A stretch of 64,000 nucleotides of DNA from a virus, in the IMG/VR virus record IMGVR_UViG_3300044655_001643, one strand, 5' to 3'. The stretch's first letter is position 1. Each line of letters starts with the position of its first letter. Shown in pieces: positions 54,005-64,000 of this stretch. Below the pieces are notes generated by a model. It saw nothing but the letters and a program-made list of their open reading frames with translations. It was not told the DNA's origin and ran no database searches. A program made the position numbers and the translations under genes.

Positions 54005-57000
54005 GATAGTGCAATCACTCTCAGGTTCTTGACTGTCGGTGCAGCCGCCGGATTTGTAGAGAAGAACACAATCTTGATTGCAAATGTTCTGAAGTTTGTA
54101 TATGTAACTCCACTTGAAGTGTAAGCAACATTATTCACCTTGTATTCGTAATCATAGTATTCAGAAGCATTTTGATTTACCGAAGATACTCCACTCGGCG
54201 CCATCAATATCCAAGGCTTGTTCTCAATCTTATCCGAGTCGGTTGCCGCTACAGCACGGTAATACACTTGAATTGAAGAACCCTGCGGTAAGTTTTGTTG
54301 CAGATAAACTCTGAGAGCAGTCGCATCAAATCCATCATTCAGTGTAACTTTTCTCAGAAGATATTTTGATGCTGCACCACCACCCGATGACAATGTTTCA
54401 GGATACGATGTTACATTTGCTGATACTGGACTTTCTAACAGATTTTTGATTGCAACATATGTAGAAGTCGAGACATCAACATATGGTGACACATCTGGAT
54501 TCGTCGTAAACATCGATATTCTTACGTTTGCATCTGCTGCTGTGTTCGCAACTTTTCTTTGATCTAAGATAATGTTGGAGTTAGGAATAATTCCAATGTA
54601 ATCGCTTAGAACTGCTGCACCATTATTTTTGGTTGCCAATTCAAAAGAAATATTTGCAGATGTTGCCACAGAATCATAAGGAATAGTGAGTCTTGCTGCA
54701 TCATATTGCTGCTCGTAACCAAATTGTTCAGTATTCAAAACAGCAACTTGAGTTGTATCTGTGGCAAATTCACACTTTTTCAGAATAAAACAAATATCAC
54801 TGTTTTGATCCGCTGTCCAAGTTGAACCATTCTGAGATTTGAAGAATGAGCCAATGTATGGTTGAGAAACAATTGGTCCTGTACCATCAATTCTTTGCTT
54901 CAGAATCGTACCAATGTAAACATTATATTTGTCTGAGTTTGCAGCAACAACAAAAGAATATTCACCAGGCTCTAAGAAAATTGGAGAACTGAATGTGAAT
55001 GTGGTTGCTACCGGTACATTTGCAGTTACTGGCAAGTTTACACTGGATGGATTTAGCGTTACCGTTGATCCTGGTATTACGTAATCCGAATCTGGGAATC
55101 CATTGACTGTTGGTCTAAGTTCAACGGTGACAGGAATTCCAGATGTATCTTTTGTAGCAAAGAAAAGATCGATGCTTGAAACGTAGATACCTTCAGGATT
55201 CGTGAACTCATTTACAAAGAATGTTTGTGCAAGCGGATCGCCAACAGAACATTTTTCTTTTTTAGCTTCGTTCTTGAATGCTTGTTCAACCTTGTCTAAT
55301 GAAGCACCTCCAGCTGCAACAGATACCCAATAATTATAACCATCTTGATCTGGTTTTCTTCCTAATTCCTTTTCATATAACTGTACAATTTTATCAGCGG
55401 CAGCATTAGCATTAGATACCACAGTTGCATAAGAAGGTGGTGTATATGATGAACTTCCTGTCAAATCGTTAACCGCTTTTTGATAGTCGGTGCTTCCACC
55501 ATATCTTCCGCCACCACTTGAAGCAGCAGTAATAGCAACTGAAACACCCGTTGTATATGATGGAGAATTACTATCGATATAAGGACCAGTTAATTCTCCG
55601 CCAACAACTGTTAGGAAAGGCTGTTTAGGTTTCTTCTTCTTTTTCTTCTTTTTCTTCTTACCAGAATAAAAATAAGTTTCCGCAAGGGTGCCTGCTAATT
55701 CCATTCCTAAACGATTATCGCAGAAATATAAATGATTCTCACCAAAAGTAAACTTGAAGGTATCATCATTAGGAATTTTTAGTTGACCTTTAGCATAACC
55801 ATTAGTGTTTGATACCAGTGCTTCCGTTGTGTAAGTATTAGAAACTGTATTATAAGTGTTCAAATAACTACCTAGATGTACAGAATCCAAGTAAACAGTC
55901 AACTCTGTATTAGGTCGCATTCCAAAAAGTTCAAAGTTGATAGTAGTGTTAGCGACATATAAAAGAACTCTATTATCGTTCAGTTTACTATCATTTTCTC
56001 TTACTAGACCACTGGATGTTGTTTGAATTTCTTGTCCGGAAGTTGAATAATATGTGTATACTATATTATTTTCTTCTGAAAAACCTAGTAAAGCCCAGTC
56101 GTTCCATTTTGTCCCTTCAAAGTTGTTTGAATAAACATAGTTATCCAAATCTTTGTCTTTATTCAAAACAACTTTAGCTTTTTTGAAATCTATCCATTTT
56201 GGAGACTCTTTGTCCAGTTTTACGTATCCAATAAAGCCAACCACGTTGAATGGATTTACATTGATTATTCCTGATGCTACATTCTGAGTAATATAAGGAA
56301 CAGAAGTATAAGACAAAGTGAGTAAATTGCCGGTTACTGCCAGTGTGTTACTGGAAATTGATAAGAAAGTGCCATTACTTTCAAACTTAGGTCTCAAAAC
56401 TTCGTTGTCATAATCAATTGAGCATTTATAGTCTGGACTGAAAACATCACCAACGCCATGACCTTTGAACGAATCTACAATAAATCCATTGTTGAATAAT
56501 CTATTGTCTTGATCATCAAAGTAAGTAGTTGTTGCGACATCTTTTTCTAAGAGATTGAGTGCTGTATAATACTCAACTCTTGTCAAACGAGTGTCGAGGG
56601 CACCAATGTCTTTCATTGTATAACGTCTATTGTTTTGAATAGTTATATCAACATTACTTGTACTGTATGTGTAAGGATCAACTTTCAAAGTATAAAGAGT
56701 CATCGCATCGACTTCATCATTTGGAGTCGGTGGATTGTTCAATGCACTTACACCAGAAATAACTTTGAATGTACCATTCTTACGTAGAACAACTTTATCT
56801 GTTCTTGAGAGATAATATTCAACAGTAGTATCAACTGCACCAAGAACCGAATCAACAATCTGTTGAGAACTAAACGATATTGCTAAATTTGAATAAACAT
56901 TCGATGATGCATCCGAAACTCTAATTGGTCTAAAGTCAACGGAATCTCTCAAATCAATAACTGTTCCATCTGTTTTTGTATAAGTTGGAATAGTGTTGTA

Positions 57001-59340
57001 TGTTGGATATGATAGTGTATCAAAGAAGCCTGTACCAGAATGACTATAACGGTCAAAAATAATCAAAACATTACCACTGTTTACAGTAGCGTCATTATTG
57101 ACTTTGATTGTGGCATGATCGTAGAAACCATCTCTTTGACCATAATCAATCGTAAAACTACCAACTACGTTTACGTTTGCGTTGGCATTAGCAGAATTTG
57201 TTGTGCTATCAGAAATATAAATTGCCGAAACATTGACAACATCAGCAAAACCTAAAGACAGTGTATTTGCAGTATATTGATTGATAAACTTTCTTACGCC
57301 AGTTACTAAAGTTTTCGTTCTTCTTGCTGCTGCTGTAATGTCAATCGTTGTCAAAATGTCTGCCGTACCATTGAAACCTGTGTCGGCAAGGTTGATGTTT
57401 AGAGTAGCTGGAGAACCAACAGATGGACTAGGAAGACTAAAATAAGTATTAGAACTCAAGTCTACCCATTGTCCTCTTGAATATGCACTAGCCGGAGTTC
57501 GAATACAAATAGCATAGTTTTCTTGTTTGTTTCCTCCAGTTGCACTTGCAAATCTTTCTGTTCCATCATTTGTTTGTACTGAACCCACACCAGCAGTAAA
57601 TGAAACAGATTTGAATACTCGTTTTGTATAATAATTTACTTGTGAGAACTCTTTGACTACATCGTAAGAGCTTTCAAAAACTGAGGAATCATAGTTAGTA
57701 TCTGTCAAGTATGCTGATCTAAACGAAAGCGTTGCTGCTCCGTTACTTGCAACAGGCGCTTGGCTAATTGTAATTTGATTACCATTGACTGCTGTTACAT
57801 ACGTTGGAAATCTAATTTCGGCAGCGTTAGGATTGCTAACAGCCATACCAACAGTAACACCAGTTGAGCTGGACAAGTTGATAAGAGGATTCGCACTGTT
57901 ATATGCACCAGTGAGAGTTCTTGTAGTAATTGAACTGGAATCAATATTACATGTTCCATTTACAGAAGTTGTATTACCTGCAATAATTGTATTTGCTAAA
58001 TCAATTGGAGTGTTGCTAGTTTTTACAATATTGAACAACTGCAATTTATAAACAGACGCCGAGCCGTTTCCACTTACATATTCAATATTTCTTGGATATG
58101 CTTCGGCTATCTTTGTTGCTGCTCCAAAGTTTCCATTATTGCTGTGTATTTCAAGTTTTGATGCAGTTGAGAAGTTGAAAATTTCACCGTTTGCACTTGT
58201 CACATAAAAGTAGTTACCATAATATGCAGGAACATCATATCCTGAAACTATTTCTGTATCTCTTGATTTTGACAATACAAGTTCTGTTACACCAACAGTT
58301 TCTATTTCATAGCCTCTGACGTATGCTTTTCCGGGACTTATATCTAAAACAAAATTTGTGTTTGCCGCATCTGCAAATTTTTCATCTGGAATTTTAGGAT
58401 CTAATCCTTCAACTTTATAATCTCCAGATTCATCATATGTTCTTCTAGCAAGAGTATCCGCTAAAATAGAATACTCTGAATTCTGAACATTCTTGACTAA
58501 TTGACCTTTTCTATAACGAGCAACTTCAATGTATTTTGAACTTGTCAGACTTGGAATAGATTCATTAGCACTAATTTCTTTTGTGGTTAGTGTAAGTGTA
58601 ATCTTGTATCTGTCTGCGCCCGGTGCAATATAATTTGAAGCACCAACAGCAGGATCAAGCAAAGAAGTATCTGAAGAAGAAGTTACAATAGATTCCTCAA
58701 CGTCAAAGCCGACGGTAACATTCGCATTATCGGAATATTTTGAAACTATTACAGTTTCAGGATTACTTTGTACGAAATTTCCATTGATGAAAAAAACACC
58801 CTCTGATACAGAAAACACTCTTGCTATGGTAGACGATTCTGTTGCCGATACGTTTGCTCTTGCGACAAGATTGGCTGTTGCAAGGTCATCGGTAGAATAA
58901 ATTCTTAAAGTTTCGGAATTAGCAATTGAACCATTCGAATTGAGTGTTGATATACCTGAAGTTTTTATAAAGGTCAGCAATAATGTATTTGGATCAATGT
59001 CATCGGCAACTACTGCTTTTTTGATTTTGTAAACGGCATTACTGCTATTAGCTACTGCAAAATAATTATCATATCCCGAAATACTAATTGCAGTTCCGGC
59101 ATAAGTTGATTGTAGCTTGACTGAAAAAACTTGTTCGTCAAATGTTTCAGCGCCAGTAACTTTTGAGCCTTCTTGAAAAACATGCTTACCAAAACGATCA
59201 ATTTGATTTTGGAGAATAGTCTGTGATTGTGTCAACTCACGTGCTTGAACGGCACGGCCAGGTCTAAACAGAATTCTGTGAAAATTTTTATCTTCATCAA
59301 AATCATCATAATATGGATTCGTATTGAAATTTAATGCCAT
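54001..59340 (-). CDS. Large baseplate-associated structural protein (VrlC / DUF4815-like)
   Basis: NPYYDDFD..KNFHRILFRPG.AVQARELTQ.Q, APGADR, LARRTYDESGDY, RRYTMKDI, DPLAQTF. Confidence 0.85.
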   Translation of the reverse strand: MALNFNTNPYYDDFDEDKNFHRILFRPGRAVQARELTQSQTILQNQIDRFGKHVFQEGSKVTGAETFDEQVFSVKLQSTYAGTAISISGYDNYFAVANSSNAVYKIKKAVVADDIDPNTLLLTFIKTSGISTLNSNGSIANSETLRIYSTDDLATANLVARANVSATESSTIARVFSVSEGVFFINGNFVQSNPETVIVSKYSDNANVTVGFDVEESIVTSSSDTSLLDPAVGASNYIAPGADRYKITLTLTTKEISANESIPSLTSSKYIEVARYRKGQLVKNVQNSEYSILADTLARRTYDESGDYKVEGLDPKIPDEKFADAANTNFVLDISPGKAYVRGYEIETVGVTELVLSKSRDTEIVSGYDVPAYYGNYFYVTSANGEIFNFSTASKLEIHSNNGNFGAATKIAEAYPRNIEYVSGNGSASVYKLQLFNIVKTSNTPIDLANTIIAGNTTSVNGTCNIDSSSITTRTLTGAYNSANPLINLSSSTGVTVGMAVSNPNAAEIRFPTYVTAVNGNQITISQAPVASNGAATLSFRSAYLTDTNYDSSVFESSYDVVKEFSQVNYYTKRVFKSVSFTAGVGSVQTNDGTERFASATGGNKQENYAICIRTPASAYSRGQWVDLSSNTYFSLPSPSVGSPATLNINLADTGFNGTADILTTIDITAAARRTKTLVTGVRKFINQYTANTLSLGFADVVNVSAIYISDSTTNSANANANVNVVGSFTIDYGQRDGFYDHATIKVNNDATVNSGNVLIIFDRYSHSGTGFFDTLSYPTYNTIPTYTKTDGTVIDLRDSVDFRPIRVSDASSNVYSNLAISFSSQQIVDSVLGAVDTTVEYYLSRTDKVVLRKNGTFKVISGVSALNNPPTPNDEVDAMTLYTLKVDPYTYSTSNVDITIQNNRRYTMKDIGALDTRLTRVEYYTALNLLEKDVATTTYFDDQDNRLFNNGFIVDSFKGHGVGDVFSPDYKCSIDYDNEVLRPKFESNGTFLSISSNTLAVTGNLLTLSYTSVPYITQNVASGIINVNPFNVVGFIGYVKLDKESPKWIDFKKAKVVLNKDKDLDNYVYSNNFEGTKWNDWALLGFSEENNIVYTYYSTSGQEIQTTSSGLVRENDSKLNDNRVLLYVANTTINFELFGMRPNTELTVYLDSVHLGSYLNTYNTVSNTYTTEALVSNTNGYAKGQLKIPNDDTFKFTFGENHLYFCDNRLGMELAGTLAETYFYSGKKKKKKKKKKPKQPFLTVVGGELTGPYIDSNSPSYTTGVSVAITAASSGGGRYGGSTDYQKAVNDLTGSSSYTPPSYATVVSNANAAADKIVQLYEKELGRKPDQDGYNYWVSVAAGGASLDKVEQAFKNEAKKEKCSVGDPLAQTFFVNEFTNPEGIYVSSIDLFFATKDTSGIPVTVELRPTVNGFPDSDYVIPGSTVTLNPSSVNLPVTANVPVATTFTFSSPIFLEPGEYSFVVAANSDKYNVYIGTILKQRIDGTGPIVSQPYIGSFFKSQNGSTWTADQNSDICFILKKCEFATDTTQVAVLNTEQFGYEQQYDAARLTIPYDSVATSANISFELATKNNGAAVLSDYIGIIPNSNIILDQRKVANTAADANVRISMFTTNPDVSPYVDVSTSTYVAIKNLLESPVSANVTSYPETLSSGGGAASKYLLRKVTLNDGFDATALRVYLQQNLPQGSSIQVYYRAVAATDSDKIENKPWILMAPSGVSSVNQNASEYYDYEYKVNNVAYTSSGVTYTNFRTFAIKIVFFSTNPAAAPTVKNLRVIALS

Positions 59341-59349
59341 GTTTAACCT

Positions 59350-60906
59350 TTAAAATTGTATAATAAATCTAACATTCTCAGCTTGACCATCTTCTCTTTC
59401 TATTTTTTCGATGTTTTCGACGTATAGTACATCACCAGAATATGGTTCAAATTCAGGATTAGTTGATGCTACAACCGTTCTTGATGCACCTGAAGTTGCT
59501 CCAGTTAGTGAAAGACCTACAACAAAAGTTCCTTGAACTTGAGTAATTTTTACAGCACTTGCAGTTTGCGAATAAACAAAACCATAAGCTACAGTGTTAT
59601 TAGCAGTTACTTGAGACACATACTCATTCAGTGTATAAGACGGACCTGGTGTCAGGGTCAATGTTCTTGCTTGAGATATAACTGAATTTGCTGTTGAGTT
59701 ATTTGCTTTTGCTGCTTGACCATATTTATGTGGGTTTCTAAGTAATCCAAATTGTCTGAAAGAAGTATCTACGGAAATCAAACCATTTTCAGTAGAGTCT
59801 ACCTCTCCAATTTTAGCTGTAACTTCAACGTTCTTTGCCAACAAATCTTTTGCTGGGCTCTTAGCATGACCATACTTGGGTGCGATAATCGCTCTTGCAT
59901 TAGCTCCTGTGCCAGAGCCAAATATCAAAACATTTGCTCTTGAATAACCGATGCCAATTGTTGTCAATGTAATTTTAGTTATTGCTCCATTGGCCAAAGT
60001 TGCCGATGCAGCAGCACTTGTTCCATCGCCATCAAAATAAATTCGTGTTGCGAAAGACAAGTTATTACCAGTTCCACCACCGTTTGCTGTTGCGGGTGAA
60101 GATAGTGTTATTTTATTATTTGGTGTGTCGAGAACGGAAACAACTGTTCCTGTTGGAATACCTGTTCCAGAAACGGTCATATTTGCAGCAACGTTTGTCG
60201 TATTAGCGACTGTCAGAATTGAACAACCAGTAATAAATGAAGTGACATTTACAGTTGAGTTGTAATAACCTGTACCACCGTTACTGATTACTACAGTAGT
60301 CAGCTCACCCTCTACGACACCAGTATCATCTAAGTTGAAGTCCGATAGCGTACTTGCTTGCGTATTTCGGGTTGGAGTTGGTATCCAGTCCGTATTCAAG
60401 AATTTGTTCGATGATTTCACATTGAACATGTACTTCCAAATATAGCCATCAGCCGTTGAAATGGCACCGTTTGATGTTGAATAATCGCCTATTGGCTCTA
60501 CTGTAGAGTTTGCAGAGAAGTTATTAGACAGACACTTGTAAACGTTTTTAGCCGATGTAATAATATAGAATGGCTTTAGATTCTGAGATGTGTTGCCAGT
60601 AATCAAATCTGACAAAGCAATTGTATCATCATATTGACGATACTTTGTATTTGCCGTCCAGTTGACTCTCGGAATTACAAGCTCAACATCGTTTGCTGTA
60701 ACTCTCTTTGCAGCAAACATATTGTCCCAAACTAACTTTTCACTTGAGATTGTTTCTACAATGCTTGGCGGTGAAGATTCATTAGCATATGGAGTATGAT
60801 TTCCAATGAAAACATACTGAATAGATGGATCCGAGTCGCTAAAAGAGTTTTTGAATCTCTCAGCATTTTCTAAAGCAAGTTTTTCGGATGTGTAATTTAG
60901 AGCCAT
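59350..60906 (-). CDS. gp8: Baseplate wedge subunit
   Basis: VIPRVNW, NVYKCLSN, DGYIWKYMF, P.YGH, SGDVLYVEN...I.R...Q.ENVRFIIQF. Confidence 0.88.
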   Translation of the reverse strand: MALNYTSEKLALENAERFKNSFSDSDPSIQYVFIGNHTPYANESSPPSIVETISSEKLVWDNMFAAKRVTANDVELVIPRVNWTANTKYRQYDDTIALSDLITGNTSQNLKPFYIITSAKNVYKCLSNNFSANSTVEPIGDYSTSNGAISTADGYIWKYMFNVKSSNKFLNTDWIPTPTRNTQASTLSDFNLDDTGVVEGELTTVVISNGGTGYYNSTVNVTSFITGCSILTVANTTNVAANMTVSGTGIPTGTVVSVLDTPNNKITLSSPATANGGGTGNNLSFATRIYFDGDGTSAAASATLANGAITKITLTTIGIGYSRANVLIFGSGTGANARAIIAPKYGHAKSPAKDLLAKNVEVTAKIGEVDSTENGLISVDTSFRQFGLLRNPHKYGQAAKANNSTANSVISQARTLTLTPGPSYTLNEYVSQVTANNTVAYGFVYSQTASAVKITQVQGTFVVGLSLTGATSGASRTVVASTNPEFEPYSGDVLYVENIEKIEREDGQAENVRFIIQF

Positions 60907-60915
60907 AAGTTTTGT

Positions 60916-63411
60916 TTAGGTAATAATTATCAATGTCTGTGCAGAGGCATTGCTTGTAAATGCACTTGAAACTGTCAATGATGTGTTGCTGACAATTGCA
61001 TTGATTGTTCGAATCTGATTATTTATAGCGATTTGTGTGCCAATCGAAATGATGCCTAAAGTATTTGCTATATTGAATTTGGTATTAGTACCAGTCACAA
61101 TAATAGAGCCATTTGTTGTGGACACTAAACCAGAAATCGTTTCTGAAACCGATGAATCAACCGTAGCTTCTGAATCTATAGAACGTGATATTGGATATTC
61201 AGCAAAGTTTCTGAAACCAGCAGGATGAAGCAGATTCTTCAAAATAGCTGCATACTTTGAGAATTCGGTGGCAACTGAAGTCACATAAGTGAAGTCAATA
61301 TAGTAATCTAAGCCCTCAATCTTTCTATCTAAAGAAGATAGAATACCATCAGAACCTACCCATTTTCCTGGGAAAGAAATATACGATCTTTCAATCTGTG
61401 CATTGGCTGTTGCAGTTCCATCTCCAAAGTTTCCTAAATCAATTGTAGGAATGAACTGATAACCAGCACCAGGATTTGTTATTTTGATTCGTGTGATTTG
61501 TCCAGAAACTCCAGAACCTGTAATTCCAAGTCTTTCACCATCACCCATCAGAGATGTGATTCGTAAATTCGCTGCCGAACCTGTAGCAGAAGAAACTGAA
61601 ACTGTTGGAAAGTTATTTTGTTCGTAGCCTTGACCACCGATCAAGTAACGATCAAAAGCTCCAATTCTTCTTTCTGTAGTTGTTCTTGTAAATGCAACAT
61701 TCACATTTAGTGATGTTGATGAAAGAATTGAGTTGACATATCTAGCTTCGGAGTTGATCATGATGCGGTCACCAACTGCCAACTCATTGACAAAATCTGT
61801 TCCTGTTCCGACAACAACAACATTACCCGCTGTCGTATTAGCGTTACCAGTAATTCTTGTTGGTTGAATTTCTATTCTAGTAATTGCACCAGATGCATTG
61901 GTATTTGTAACTGCTGCTGCAAATCCTCTTCCATAAGTTCCAGAAGGATTTGCACCTATTACAATCTCATCACCTATTCTATAACCAGTGCCACCAGATA
62001 TAATATCAATTCTACCAATAGAGCCGAAAGATTTTATATCAAAAGTATTTGCATACTTGGCGCCATCTGCATCGATTGTAAGATTCGAAGTGTCTGTTCC
62101 CGAATAAAGAATTATAACATTAGTCATTGGACCAATATCAGTAATCGTTGCTTTTGAAAAAGCATCAACAAGACGAGTTGCTATATTTTCGCCTGTAGGA
62201 ATCACACTTGATGGAAAGCCATAATTTGTATTTGATAATACTATATTTGCATATGTGTTGATCGTATCAGTAAAAATTGTATATGAGTTAGCAGAATTTG
62301 CGCCCGATGTATCGATTGCCTGTGACGCTAATGTAATCGTACCATCATCGTTGAATGCTGTTATGATGCCACCAAGTGCAAAACCTGCACCACCATAACC
62401 AACAGTTGCAGCATCGGCAAAACCAACAGACACTTCATCAACAATCGCTTCGGCAGGAATTTGTGGAGCGCCACCAATAATTGTTACTGGATCACCAACA
62501 TTATAACTAGTACCAGCATTTATTATTGTAATTGAACTGAGTGTAGCGACGGTATCTGACCGTATTGTAATAAGAGTTACACCATCATCGGCAAAAACAT
62601 CTGATGTGATTGTTTCGGCGTTGAGAAATGAACCTAACAAAGTAGATTCATCAACATATAACTCAATTGAAGTTTGTTGAGTGATCAATCTTGGCGCTGC
62701 ACGTTCAACAATTGCAGTAGCACCAGAAGTCAGACCTGTGATTTTTCTGTTTGCAAATAATGTTTCATCAAAATTGTCATATACAACTCTTATTTTAGCA
62801 TTGCTGGCTGGCGCAGAATTGAATACTATCTTCTTTGCTTCTTTGAGAATATAAAAGCCGCTCGTAATTACAACATTGTTTACATAAACTGTAACGTCTG
62901 AATCGGCAACTTCTTGTGGAAGAATAAAGATTTTTGTTGTGCCATCACCTTCATAATAAGAGTAAACATCATTGTCAATACGAACGACATTTTCTACTGT
63001 CCACTTGCCGTCCGATGCACGAAGAATATTATCTTTAGGATATGTAATCGTAACTTCTTGACCATAAAGAAGTCTGAACAATAATTCAAATGACTTTACA
63101 CTACCTTTTGTTAGGTATAAAGGTAATGCTTTTTTGATGAGAAGTGCTTTATCAGCAGCAGTATCTAATGGAAATAATGGTGCATAGTTATTGATAAAGT
63201 TTTTCTCAAATTGCTCTATTGAATCATCGACATCTGAAACGTGACGCAGATTTTTAGCTTGCGTAATCAGATCATTGATTTTTGTTCCTTGTTTTTGCTC
63301 AAGGAACTCATAGTACGCCTCAAGAAAAGTGACGAAAAGAGGATATTCGTCCCGAACAAACTCAGGAACTTGACGATTGACAAGTATGGATGTTCTCAGA
63401 TCAGTAGTCAT
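60916..63411 (-). CDS. gp7: Baseplate wedge subunit (gp7-like)
   Basis: QVPEFVRDEYP.FV.FLEAYYEFL, KGS..SF.LLFR.LYG, ILRASDGKW, YY..F.YV, LLHPAG; between gp6 and gp8. Confidence 0.75.
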   Translation of the reverse strand: MTTDLRTSILVNRQVPEFVRDEYPLFVTFLEAYYEFLEQKQGTKINDLITQAKNLRHVSDVDDSIEQFEKNFINNYAPLFPLDTAADKALLIKKALPLYLTKGSVKSFELLFRLLYGQEVTITYPKDNILRASDGKWTVENVVRIDNDVYSYYEGDGTTKIFILPQEVADSDVTVYVNNVVITSGFYILKEAKKIVFNSAPASNAKIRVVYDNFDETLFANRKITGLTSGATAIVERAAPRLITQQTSIELYVDESTLLGSFLNAETITSDVFADDGVTLITIRSDTVATLSSITIINAGTSYNVGDPVTIIGGAPQIPAEAIVDEVSVGFADAATVGYGGAGFALGGIITAFNDDGTITLASQAIDTSGANSANSYTIFTDTINTYANIVLSNTNYGFPSSVIPTGENIATRLVDAFSKATITDIGPMTNVIILYSGTDTSNLTIDADGAKYANTFDIKSFGSIGRIDIISGGTGYRIGDEIVIGANPSGTYGRGFAAAVTNTNASGAITRIEIQPTRITGNANTTAGNVVVVGTGTDFVNELAVGDRIMINSEARYVNSILSSTSLNVNVAFTRTTTERRIGAFDRYLIGGQGYEQNNFPTVSVSSATGSAANLRITSLMGDGERLGITGSGVSGQITRIKITNPGAGYQFIPTIDLGNFGDGTATANAQIERSYISFPGKWVGSDGILSSLDRKIEGLDYYIDFTYVTSVATEFSKYAAILKNLLHPAGFRNFAEYPISRSIDSEATVDSSVSETISGLVSTTNGSIIVTGTNTKFNIANTLGIISIGTQIAINNQIRTINAIVSNTSLTVSSAFTSNASAQTLIIIT

Positions 63412-64000
63412 TATGATGCCATTTTTTCAAGCGTTGTTACAATTGAAGTTGCATCAGCGTCATCTATGGTAATGATTGAGTTTCTGGTAGATTCAATCAC
63501 ACCTTCTTCCGAAACGGCAGTAAATCTCAACAAGCCATCACTTGAAGATACCGAAAGAACTCTCAAATCGTTTAGAGTAATGATACCAGTATCATAGTTG
63601 ATTTCGCCAACATTTTCATCGATGATTTGTCGATTAGCGTTGGCATCATAATAAATGACTCTCAGTGTGCCAATTTTCGAATCAATCACTGCTGTTGCTG
63701 ATCCACTGAAACCACCTCCACCAGTAATACTCACAGTCGCCCGTGTGTAATCTGTGCCACGATTTACCATGCGAATTTGTGTAATTGCACCACCCTCAAT
63801 AATTGCTTCGGCAATTGCACCAGTTCCATCACCAGAAATTGTTACAGTTGGTGTTGAAGTGTAACCGTAACCAGGATTTATGATTTCAATCGATGAAACA
63901 CCAGTAAATGATTGTGGTATTTCTTCAATAATTGCTGTTCTTGCCACACCAGTGGCATCGAAAACAGAAAATTCTGTTGTTGTCAGTCTATCTGCAAGTG
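63411..64000 (-). CDS. gp6: Baseplate wedge subunit, C-terminal part (partial)
   Basis: Frame is open to the window edge; VGEINYDTG.ITL and RNSIITID C-terminal gp6 motifs; upstream of gp7. Confidence 0.75.
   Translation of the reverse strand, partial: LADRLTTTEFSVFDATGVARTAIIEEIPQSFTGVSSIEIINPGYGYTSTPTVTISGDGTGAIAEAIIEGGAITQIRMVNRGTDYTRATVSITGGGGFSGSATAVIDSKIGTLRVIYYDANANRQIIDENVGEINYDTGIITLNDLRVLSVSSSDGLLRFTAVSEEGVIESTRNSIITIDDADATSIVTTLEKMAS

Noticed and set aside
1155-63597. Numerous 60-145-aa plus-strand ORFs and short alternate-frame minus-strand ORFs in the ORF track
   Set aside because: They lie antisense to or inside well-supported genes and have no recognisable motifs. Those in repeat genes simply mirror the repeats.
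1-64000. tRNA genes, introns/inteins, homing endonucleases, stop-codon reassignment
   Set aside because: Intergenic gaps are mostly short and no cloverleaf was seen. Core genes (gp17, gp20, gp23, uvsW, gp46) are normal length and uninterrupted, and TAA, TAG and TGA all act as stops.

Overview
This window is a 64-kb piece of a large T4-like myovirus genome, with cyanophage/pelagiphage-style gene content. The host cannot be determined from the sequence. Every credible gene is on the minus strand. In transcription order (right to left) it holds: (1) baseplate genes (gp6 partial, gp7, gp8) and a 1779-aa VrlC/DUF4815-type structural protein; (2) a ~20-kb modular fibre/appendage region, where T4 has gp9-12 and wac; (3) neck, terminase, tail and head genes gp13-gp23 and gp3, with dps inserted between the terminase genes; (4) uvsY and uvsW; (5) a six-gene sugar-nucleotide pathway (B12 radical SAM, split transketolase, HddA-type kinase, ColD-type PLP dehydratase, NAD epimerase/dehydratase) translationally coupled to gp55; (6) a cytidylyltransferase, gp47, gp46 and def; (7) a small-protein/methyltransferase/TAGT(GREB1-like)-glycosyltransferase module; (8) a vWA-metallopeptidase, a CobS/MoxR AAA ATPase and a small HTH gene, each with a near-consensus sigma70 promoter. 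Two candidates for an undescribed system stand out. The first is a phage-encoded pathway that may put an unusual deoxy/methylated heptose-like sugar on DNA, or possibly on the virion. The second is an apparent 'C-terminal peptide tag + small adaptor protein' code that may build a branched fibre apparatus. All calls come from motif recognition and synteny; no database searches were run.
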